Shown in pieces: positions 36,451 through 44,004 of a stretch of DNA of 64,000 bases (the stretch's first letter is position 1; every line of letters begins with the position of its first letter). Made by a program: the position numbers and the translations under genes. Source of the DNA: Acidimicrobiales bacterium (GTDB lineage Bacteria; Actinomycetota; Acidimicrobiia; Acidimicrobiales; Bog-793); the NCBI GenBank assembly GCA_035532075.1, contig DATKRV010000006.1, forward strand, positions 5,739 through 69,738. Direction: 5' to 3'. Under the pieces are notes generated by a model, which was not told the DNA's origin, did not search any database, and saw only the letters and a list, made by a program, of their open reading frames with translations.

Positions 36451-38832
36451 GTGAAGCCGCAAGTCCGCATCCTCCGAGAATCGTTTGCCATCGCATGGAT
36501 CTTGTTGATCACCGCGGTCTATCTTGCGCCAGCCCTAATGCACGGTCTTTCTCTCGGCCCGTTCGATCTCCTTAGCCAGTACGGCCTGACGTATCAGCCC
36601 GGCGTGCCCGTCCACAACATCGTCGGCTCCGACGAGATCCAAGCGCTCATCCCGTGGCAAACACTCGATTGGTTGCAGATCCACTCGGGCCACCTGCCGC
36701 TGTGGAACTCCGACAGCCTGCTCGGTATGCCGCTTGCATTCAACATGCAATCCTCGCCGTTCAGCTTGAGCGTCGCAATCGGCTATCTCTTCCCGTTGCA
36801 TCTCGCGCACAGCGCGACCGTGATCGCCCGCATGTTGATAGCGAGTTTTGGTATGTATGTCTTCTGTCGCACGATGCGTCTGTCCATCTTCGCGGCGACG
36901 ATGAGCGCGACGATCTATGAGCTCTGCGGCGGGTTCTCAATCTGGCTCGGATCGAACATCTCCGACGAGTGGTCATGGACGGGATGGGTATTCGCCGCAT
37001 CCGTGTGCATCATGAAAGGCACGCATCGCGCCCGGTACATCGTTCTCATGACGATTGTGCTCGCGCTCGCCTTTTATGCCGGTGAGCCGCAAATTTCCAC
37101 CGTGCTGCTCACCGGCCTTGCCATCTTCGTGGTCGTCACTCAAACCAAGAGGTACCGGCTCGGTGACGTGAAGGGAGCGCGCACGTGCGTCCTTGATCAG
37201 GCTGGCGCCGTCCTCGTGGCCTTTGGTCTTGCAGCACCGCTGTATCTTCCTGCGCTACAACTTGCTCCCGGCTCGGTGCGAGCGGTCTATCCGCCGATCA
37301 GCGGGCTTCCGCTTTACGACATCACACATTTCCTCTTTGCGACGTACAACGGTTCTCCGATTACCGGTAGCCAGGTCATCGGGCCAGACAATCTCTATGT
37401 CTCGATGCTGTATGTCGGGGTGATCGGGGCCGTGTTGGCCCTCGTCGGCATCATGGGCGCGTGGCGCAGGCCAGAGGTCGGCGCCTTGGGCGCCATTGGG
37501 GTGTTGGTCTTCCTGGCGGTGTTCTTCCATCCGATCATTGCGCTCTTGGCGAGGATTCCTTATGCAAAGACGTCGAGGATCCTTGTCGCGACAGTGCTCT
37601 TGGAATTCGTCATCGCAGTGTTGGCGGGCTTTGGGGCACAAGCTCTTGTTGGTGTCAGAACGGGAAACAGGGTGTTCTGGCACTTCGGTGTTGGTATCAG
37701 CCTCGTTGGCGCGGTTCTGATCATCTTGGCCCTCCGCCTTGTCATGGCCGCGAGTCACCTCTCTCTTGCTGCACAAGCCACGCGTTGGCACAGCTTCATT
37801 TGGCCGACGGCGCAGCTTTGTGCGTGCGTTACCGTGCTCGTGATGGTGGCCAAGGACCGCAGTTCTCAATCGAACCATGCGGTGAACTGGTACGGCGTCG
37901 GCCTTTTGCTTCTCGTGGAGGCGGGTTTTCTCGTCGGGGTCGGAAACAGTATCTGGTCATCAAGTGATGTCTTTTTTGCGCCCACGAAAGCGGTGAGTGA
38001 GTACAAACGAGACGTCGGTTCGTCTCTTGTTGCCATGGGTAGCTGTCCGAGCGTTAATGCGTTCTCCGGCCTTGGCATCATGCCGAACGCGAACATCGCT
38101 TACGGCGTAGACCAACTCAGCGCCTACGATCCGTTGATCTCACGCGCTTACTACGCATCCTATGCCGCGGCGGCCGATTCATCCGCGCCCATCGCTTCGC
38201 CAGGCGTCTTTTGTCCCGGCATCACGACGATGGCACTCGCGCGCGAATATGGCGTTTCGTTCGTCTTGGAGCCTCCGGGACGGCCGGGACCAATTGGGAT
38301 GAAGTATGTCGCTACCCTCGCCGGTGAGGGTCTTTATCGTGTGCCGGATTCGGGTCGCGCGACGCTTTCGCCAATCGGACGATCACCGCGCGAACCGTCC
38401 CCAGCGCGCGTGATTGCCGTCACCTCACCCAACCCGACGACGTGGCGCCTTTCCGTAAAGTCCGCTGCTCCGTCGGTCCTGCAACTGCGCTTGACCGACG
38501 TCCCGGGTTGGAACGCGACGATCGACGGGCAACCACTGCGCCTAGAGGTTTGGGATGGGGTCATGCTCCAGGCTCGAGTGCCAACGGGACCCCACGTCAT
38601 TGAGTTGCATTATTGGCCACGAGCACTGAGTCTTGGGCTCATCTGGGCAGCGCTGAGCGTGGTTGGGCTCATGGGGTTGCTGCTGATCAAATGGGCGGGC
38701 AAGCAGCGAGACTCAACGGCCCTGTCCGCGAACGGATTTGCTAACTTGATGCAATCAATTTGGCTTCGCATTACGAGTGGAACTTCGGTGGAAGAGGAAC
38801 AAAAGGGGGCTAGGGCGCGTGGATCTGATTGA
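36451..38832 (+). CDS. YfhO-like polytopic membrane protein (GT-C-type glycosyltransferase candidate)
   Basis: About 794 aa. N-terminal pattern LSLGPFDLLSQYGL...IPWQTLDWLQIHSGHLPLWNSDSLLGMPLAFNMQSSPF, many TM helices, and a soluble C-terminal domain with a final TM helix. GTG 36451 has a GAAGGA upstream; the track ATG 36319 is an alternative. Confidence 0.7.
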   Translation: MKPQVRILRESFAIAWILLITAVYLAPALMHGLSLGPFDLLSQYGLTYQPGVPVHNIVGSDEIQALIPWQTLDWLQIHSGHLPLWNSDSLLGMPLAFNMQSSPFSLSVAIGYLFPLHLAHSATVIARMLIASFGMYVFCRTMRLSIFAATMSATIYELCGGFSIWLGSNISDEWSWTGWVFAASVCIMKGTHRARYIVLMTIVLALAFYAGEPQISTVLLTGLAIFVVVTQTKRYRLGDVKGARTCVLDQAGAVLVAFGLAAPLYLPALQLAPGSVRAVYPPISGLPLYDITHFLFATYNGSPITGSQVIGPDNLYVSMLYVGVIGAVLALVGIMGAWRRPEVGALGAIGVLVFLAVFFHPIIALLARIPYAKTSRILVATVLLEFVIAVLAGFGAQALVGVRTGNRVFWHFGVGISLVGAVLIILALRLVMAASHLSLAAQATRWHSFIWPTAQLCACVTVLVMVAKDRSSQSNHAVNWYGVGLLLLVEAGFLVGVGNSIWSSSDVFFAPTKAVSEYKRDVGSSLVAMGSCPSVNAFSGLGIMPNANIAYGVDQLSAYDPLISRAYYASYAAAADSSAPIASPGVFCPGITTMALAREYGVSFVLEPPGRPGPIGMKYVATLAGEGLYRVPDSGRATLSPIGRSPREPSPARVIAVTSPNPTTWRLSVKSAAPSVLQLRLTDVPGWNATIDGQPLRLEVWDGVMLQARVPTGPHVIELHYWPRALSLGLIWAALSVVGLMGLLLIKWAGKQRDSTALSANGFANLMQSIWLRITSGTSVEEEQKGARARGSD

Positions 38833-39589
38833 ACGCGTTGACAGTTCCTCCAACCGCCATCCCTGGGAGATCGCGCGTTTTCGTTTCTTTCTCCAGCTGT
38901 TGCATCGTATGGGCGTTGATCGGATGCCGATCCGCTGGCTTGATGTTGGAGCGGGCGACGCGTGGTTTGCCGGGCAGTTGGTCAAAAGCCTGCCCGCCGC
39001 GGCGCAGATTGTGTGTTGGGACATCAACTACTCCGCCACAGACCTTGCGCTGCTCACCCAAGATCAGGGTGGGCTCACCTTCGTTGCGGAACAGCCTCAT
39101 GATCATTTTGGGGGAGTCCTCATGCTCGACGTCATTGAACATATTCACGATGACCTAGGTTTGGTGAGAGATGTCGTTGACAATGCCCTTGACGAACAGG
39201 GTTGGGCACTCGTAAGTGTCCCGGCCTATCAAAGCCTGTTCACCTCGCATGACACTGCCTTGAGGCACTATCGGCGCTACTCCCCGCGACAGTGCACCGA
39301 ACTTCTCCGAGCCGCGGGACTTAGCGTCGAGGCCCAGGGCGGCTTGTTCCATGCTCTTCTCCCCGTCCGCGGATTTCAGGCAGTTAGAGAGCGGTTGAGC
39401 AAGCAAGAAACCTCCCAATCAGGCATCGGTGCCTGGAAGGGTGGCCCTTTGATGACGAAAGCGGTCACCTTCGCGTTGGGCTCTGAAACCCGGCTGTCCT
39501 TGATGCTTGGCGTCCAGACAAACATTGTCTTTCCCGGATTGAGCTTTTGGGCGTTTTGTAGACGTACCGGAGTCGACCGACGGGGATGA
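38819..39589 (+). CDS. Class I SAM-dependent methyltransferase
   Basis: RWLDVGAGDAWFAGQL (motif I) and VLMLDVIEHIHDD. GTG 38819 has an AAAGGGGG RBS and overlaps the upstream stop by 14 nt. Confidence 0.8.
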   Translation: MDLIERVDSSSNRHPWEIARFRFFLQLLHRMGVDRMPIRWLDVGAGDAWFAGQLVKSLPAAAQIVCWDINYSATDLALLTQDQGGLTFVAEQPHDHFGGVLMLDVIEHIHDDLGLVRDVVDNALDEQGWALVSVPAYQSLFTSHDTALRHYRRYSPRQCTELLRAAGLSVEAQGGLFHALLPVRGFQAVRERLSKQETSQSGIGAWKGGPLMTKAVTFALGSETRLSLMLGVQTNIVFPGLSFWAFCRRTGVDRRG

Positions 39590-40353
39590 TAAGCGCCGGC
39601 GACCAGCCGATCATCGTCGTTCCCTGTTACAACGAGGAGCACCGAATAGACGAGTCGGGGTTCATTCAACTCGCCGCGTCCGGGCACGTTCGATTACTCT
39701 TCGTCGACGACGGATCGACGGACGGTACTTTGAGTTTGTTGGCTCGTCTCCGCGACGCTGCACAAGACATTGACGTTATTGAGCTGTCTCGTAATTGTGG
39801 AAAATCAGAGGCAGTACGCCGCGGTCTGCTCGAAGCCGTACATCACGGTGCCACGGTGGTGGGGTATTTCGACGCAGACTTTGCGACGCCTGGTGGGGAG
39901 TTATTGAAGCTCATCGCGACCATGAAGGGCGATGACCACTTAGCGGTCGTCTTCGGCGCCAGAGTTGCGATGCTCGGAAGCACAATTGAACGGAATTACT
40001 CTCGGCACTACGCGGGCCGCTTCTATGCGACCCTCGCCTCATTAGCCCTTGGAGTCACGGTCTACGACACGCAATGTGGAGCCAAGGTGTTCCGCGCGGT
40101 TCCTACCTTCTGTGAGGCCATAGCGCGGCCCTTCCGGTCGACCTGGGCCTTCGACGTGGAACTTCTGGACCGATTGCTCCAAGGGAACAACTCGGTGCCG
40201 GGGATACCGATAGATGCGTTTCTTGAAGTTCCGCTCAATGCTTGGCGTGATGTTCGCGGCTCAAAGCTGCGGTTCAAGGATAGTGCGGCGGCAATTGTTG
40301 ATGTGCTCAACATTGGTATTAACCGTCGAAGGCGAATGCCAATAGATCGATAG
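39586..40353 (+). CDS. GT2 polyprenyl/dolichyl-phosphate hexosyltransferase-like glycosyltransferase (GtrB/CsbB/Alg5-like)
   Basis: IVVPCYNEEHRI, DDGSTDGT, NCGKSEAVRRG, FDADFATP and YDTQCGAKVFR motifs. ATGA overlap with the methyltransferase gene. Confidence 0.9.
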   Translation: MISAGDQPIIVVPCYNEEHRIDESGFIQLAASGHVRLLFVDDGSTDGTLSLLARLRDAAQDIDVIELSRNCGKSEAVRRGLLEAVHHGATVVGYFDADFATPGGELLKLIATMKGDDHLAVVFGARVAMLGSTIERNYSRHYAGRFYATLASLALGVTVYDTQCGAKVFRAVPTFCEAIARPFRSTWAFDVELLDRLLQGNNSVPGIPIDAFLEVPLNAWRDVRGSKLRFKDSAAAIVDVLNIGINRRRRMPIDR

Positions 40354-40364
40354 TATCGATCTAT
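40342..40364. repeat. Perfect 23-bp palindrome spanning the GT2 stop codon
   Basis: ATAGATCGATA-G-TATCGATCTAT. AT-rich, with two ATCGAT cores. The stop TAG at 40351-40353 lies at its centre. Confidence 0.9.
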
Positions 40365-40676
40365 TGAGAAGCGGTCGCTGCCGAAAATCTCGTCCGATCT
40401 CCTTCGCCCGGCCGTTTTCCCTGCGAACATAAGAGCCACGGCACTCTGTGGATGGTTCCCGGACCGATCTAGCCACAGAACGACGCACCAATCGACAGGG
40501 TGGAGCGAAGAGAATGCTTCAGGAACGGCGATCTGCTTGGGCCGTTTGACAGGGCGTGGTTCTTGCACCCTGCTCGTATCCGATGCGCCACCAATCTGTG
40601 ACCAAACGGGTTCATTCGCCGAGTGATCACCGGTAAAGGTCACCGGCCCAGTGCAGGGCCTTCACCGGAGGTGGTC

Positions 40677-40698
40677 AGTGCTCGGAGCGGTTTGTGAG

Positions 40699-40710
<12 letters not shown>
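40677..40710. repeat. Direct duplication of the tRNA-Leu 3' terminus (att-scar-like)
   Basis: AGTGCTCGGAGCGG (40677-40690) versus AGTGCCCGGAGCGG (40697-40710, which includes the tRNA 3' end). 13/14 identical, with 20-bp spacing. Confidence 0.6.
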
Positions 40711-40781
<71 letters not shown>

Positions 40782-40944
40782 AGTGCCCAACGTTACCTGA
40801 CGGAGGTCGCACGAAGGTCGCTGGTGCGAAGTTGCTCCTCGGATGAAAGGCTAACGAGGTGCCACCTTATTCGAGCAATCTGAAATTGGCGGGCGCCTCT
40901 GTGCACGGGCGCAACCGCTGGTGGGTCGCTCCGTCGAGGATGAG

Positions 40945-42063
40945 ATGAGAATCCGCGCCCTCGAGATCTGTCGGCTCGATCTTGTCCTCTTGAACGCGCT
41001 CCGCACGAGCGTCGGAGAGCACGGAAGACGACCGGTGCTCATCATCCGGATCATCACCGACGAGGCAGAGGGCTTTGGCGAGTGTTCTGCGCTTGGCGAG
41101 CCGATCTATACCGAGGAGTACTCGGAGGCGGCCGAGGCGGTATTGATCGACTATCTCATCCCAAGGCTCATGCGCAACGCCCAAGAGGAACTCTCGCTCG
41201 AGAGACGTTTCGCATCGCTCGATTCGGTGCGCGGACATCCGATGGCCAAGGCAGCGATCGAGATGGCACTGCTCGATGCGGAGCTTCGTGCAAAAGAGGT
41301 CTCGCTCGCGAGCTATCTCGGCGCGACACAATCGAGTATTCCCGCGGGCGCGAACATCAGCCTTGGCATGCCCGACGAGGTCATCGCGGCGGTCGCGCAG
41401 ACAATTGACGCGGGCTATCGCCGGGTCAAGTGCAAGATCGCACCAGGACAAGATCTCGCGGTCGTGCGGGAGATCCGCAGGAGTTATCCAGAACTCGTAC
41501 TCTCGCTCGACGCGAACGGCGCCTATGACTATGACAATGACGAGCACCGTTCGATCTTGCGCACGCTCGACGGTTTTGGCCTGACTGCGATCGAACAACC
41601 GCTCGCGGTCGATGATCTGCTTGGTCATGCGCGAATTACGAGGGACCTGGAAACGCCTATCTTGCTCGATGAGTCAATCTCGACGCTCGGGATGTTGCGC
41701 ATCGCGATCGAGCTCGGTTCGTGCGACGGGATATCGGTCAAACCGGCGCGTGTCGGCGGAATCCTTACGGCACTCAAGATGCACGAGCTCTGTCGTGCTG
41801 CGGGGATGCATCTCGCAATCGGAGGCATGCTCGAAACCGGTATCGGCCGCGCGGCAGCGCTTGCGGTAGGAGCGCTGCCAGGATTCGATCTTCCCGGGGA
41901 TCTCGGTGGATCGGAGCGGTATTTCTCACCAGACCTGACGTTGCCGCATGAACTCTGCAACGGCCAGCTCATTGTGCCTGACGGGCCGGGAATCGGCGTT
42001 ACGCCGCTTGAAAATGTCATTGCCTCCGCCCGCGTGCGAAACCGTCTCTTTCAGACGCCCTAG
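40945..42063 (+). CDS. Enolase-superfamily enzyme, o-succinylbenzoate synthase / N-acylamino-acid racemase family
   Basis: KxK (RVKCKI), metal ligands in LSLDANGAY, IEQPL and LLDESI; MLE-subgroup layout. Confidence 0.85.
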   Translation: MRIRALEICRLDLVLLNALRTSVGEHGRRPVLIIRIITDEAEGFGECSALGEPIYTEEYSEAAEAVLIDYLIPRLMRNAQEELSLERRFASLDSVRGHPMAKAAIEMALLDAELRAKEVSLASYLGATQSSIPAGANISLGMPDEVIAAVAQTIDAGYRRVKCKIAPGQDLAVVREIRRSYPELVLSLDANGAYDYDNDEHRSILRTLDGFGLTAIEQPLAVDDLLGHARITRDLETPILLDESISTLGMLRIAIELGSCDGISVKPARVGGILTALKMHELCRAAGMHLAIGGMLETGIGRAAALAVGALPGFDLPGDLGGSERYFSPDLTLPHELCNGQLIVPDGPGIGVTPLENVIASARVRNRLFQTP

Positions 42064-42074
42064 ACTGTCGCCCT

Positions 42075-42392
42075 ATGCAAATGGCCCAGCCAGAGCATCA
42101 TTTCCCGGAGCATCATTTCAAAGTCGAGCAGCAACTCTTTGACGTACATGCGCATCTTGACGTCAAGCGTGCTGAACTTGAATTTGTCGCCGGGCGTATG
42201 GCGGCCGCGCGTTTATCTGCCGAAGAGGCGGGTGCGCGCGTCGCGCAGGCCGAGACCCCGCTTGCGCAGCGCGAATACAGCGCAGCACGTCGAAGACTGA
42301 CAGAGATTGAGCGACGCCATGCAGAGGCCGCCCACGAGGTGGTGAGTCTTGAGAGCACACAGGACGCGCTGCTCGCAAAGCTCGTAGGCTAG
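42075..42392 (+). CDS. Hypothetical coiled-coil protein
   Basis: 105 aa, helical and Ala/Glu/Arg-rich, with an N-terminal PEHHFPEHHF duplication. No family recognised. Confidence 0.35.
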   Translation: MQMAQPEHHFPEHHFKVEQQLFDVHAHLDVKRAELEFVAGRMAAARLSAEEAGARVAQAETPLAQREYSAARRRLTEIERRHAEAAHEVVSLESTQDALLAKLVG

Positions 42393-42468
42393 GACTGTTC
42401 GGCGAGACCTGATGGACGTATCGTCACCCGTGCAGGTCGCGACTCGCGCCTCAGTGCGTGGGTGATCG

Positions 42469-43116
42469 ATGCGACCGGTCGTTGCACGGAATTCTGGAGC
42501 AAAGGAGTACTTCGCGTTGGCACGAACCGTTGTAATAGCTGAGGACGAGGCGATTGTTCGTCTCGATCTGCGGGAGATCCTCGAGGAGGAGGGTTATCTC
42601 GTCGTCGGCGAGGCTGGCCGCGGCGACGAGGCCGTTGCACTCGTGCGCGAGCACCGTCCTGATCTCGTCATCCTCGATATCAAGATGCCCGGCGTGGATG
42701 GCCTCAGCGCGGCGCGCGAGATCTCGACAGATCAACACACTGCCGTCTTGATCCTCACGGCATTCAGTCAGCGCGACCTTGTCGACCAGGCACGCGATGC
42801 TGGGGCGCTTGCCTATCTCGTCAAGCCCTTCCAGAAAGAGGAACTCCTCCCGGCGATCGAGGTGGCGCTCGGGAGATTCCGAGAGCTGCGCGCGCTCGCC
42901 GACGAAAATGCCCAATTGAGCGAGGGAAACCGTTCGCTCGAGGCACAGCTTGAGACGCGACGTTGGGTTGATCGCGCGAAGGGAAGGTTGATGGACAGCT
43001 TTGGGCTGAGTGAGTCCGATGCCTTTACGTTTATCCAGCAGCGCGCGATGAATGATCGCATCACGATGAAAGAGGTCGCGCAGGCCGTGGTCGCAGGATC
43101 GATTACCCCAGAATGA
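42469..43116 (+). CDS. pdtaR: ANTAR-domain response regulator (PdtaR-like)
   Basis: REC domain VVIAEDEAIVRLDL...DLVILDIKMPGVDG, plus ANTAR VDRAKGRLMDSFGLSESDAFTFIQQRAMN. Confidence 0.85.
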   Translation: MRPVVARNSGAKEYFALARTVVIAEDEAIVRLDLREILEEEGYLVVGEAGRGDEAVALVREHRPDLVILDIKMPGVDGLSAAREISTDQHTAVLILTAFSQRDLVDQARDAGALAYLVKPFQKEELLPAIEVALGRFRELRALADENAQLSEGNRSLEAQLETRRWVDRAKGRLMDSFGLSESDAFTFIQQRAMNDRITMKEVAQAVVAGSITPE

Positions 43117-43167
43117 TTGATTCTGGCCGTGCCTGAATCGCCCGCGTCCGAATTACCTGAACCCGAG

Positions 43168-43866
43168 TTACCCGTGCGAGATTCTCCGCTGCGCGACCTT
43201 GACGAACATGTGCTGATTGATCTCGGATTGCAACGAGACGACCTCACCGACTGAGCCGTCCTCCTGAATTCGTGAAACCGTCATCGATCCGTCGGTGAGG
43301 TGATCGTGGATCACGATGTCGCATCCCGGGATCACGCGATTGGCATTGAGAAAGACGAGCGCGGCGCGGTCGGATTCGATCTGTTCCGTAATGCGTGCGA
43401 GCTGGACGCGGGCGCCGTTTGGTATCTCGCTGATCCGTCGTTGATCACCGAGCTCTCCGCCCATTCCCGGAATCAGGCTGCCGTGCGGACAGGTCGTGGG
43501 ATGTCCGAGCATCGCGACAAAACGCGCCTCGACGTCATTTGAGATGACATGTTCCCAGCGTCCGGCCTCCTCGTGTGCCTTGTGCCACGGAAGGCCGACA
43601 ATATCGACGAGGAACCGTTCGGCGAGGCGGTGGCGGCGCACGACACTCAGCGCGCGGTCCCTGCCCTTTTCGGTGAACGACACACCGCGACCCGCGCGGA
43701 TGAGGTAGCCGTCATCGCATAGACGATGCACCATCTCCGAGACTGCCTGCGCGGAAAAACGGAGACGCTCGACAAGCCGCGCCTGTATAACCGGAATCCC
43801 CTCTTCGGTCAGGCCGTAGATGGCCTCGAGATACTCCTCGACCGGTGGATGAAAGCCGTCAGGCAC
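43168..43866 (-). CDS. ideR: Iron-dependent repressor, DtxR/IdeR family
   Basis: EEYLEAIYGLTEEG, RHRLAERFL and HPTTCPHG, plus a C-terminal SH3/FeoA-like domain. Confidence 0.9.
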   Translation of the reverse strand: MPDGFHPPVEEYLEAIYGLTEEGIPVIQARLVERLRFSAQAVSEMVHRLCDDGYLIRAGRGVSFTEKGRDRALSVVRRHRLAERFLVDIVGLPWHKAHEEAGRWEHVISNDVEARFVAMLGHPTTCPHGSLIPGMGGELGDQRRISEIPNGARVQLARITEQIESDRAALVFLNANRVIPGCDIVIHDHLTDGSMTVSRIQEDGSVGEVVSLQSEINQHMFVKVAQRRISHG

Positions 43867-44004
43867 GAATCCATTCTACCGGTGGGCATCCGATCTTTCG
43901 CAGATTCGATTGTGCTAATTGGATTGCATCCGCCCCTGGTGAGGTATTGCGGAATGACCGCCAAATCTTTCTCGCGCGAAGCGGGAGCGCTTTAGCATCG
44001 ACGT

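Larger units (their letters stand above)
34474..40698. mobile_element. Putative decayed (integrase-less) islet next to tRNA-Leu carrying a glycan-modification cassette
   Basis: Bounded by the tRNA-like remnant at 34474 and the tRNA-Leu 3' end at 40699, which has a 13/14 duplicate 20 bp away. Contains about 2 kb of fragmentary ORFs followed by the YfhO-like/MT/GT2 operon. Confidence 0.35.

Noticed and set aside
40062-40643. A 193-aa minus-strand ORF next to tRNA-Leu, considered as an integrase remnant
   Set aside because: Half of it is antisense to the well-supported GT2 gene. There is no R..HxxR..Y or other recombinase motif in the non-overlapping part.
28571-40690. A shared 9-mer, GTCAGTGCT, between the 15-bp minisatellite and the flank of tRNA-Leu (40675-40683)
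   Set aside because: It is too short to distinguish from chance in 64 kb, and there is no extended similarity around it.
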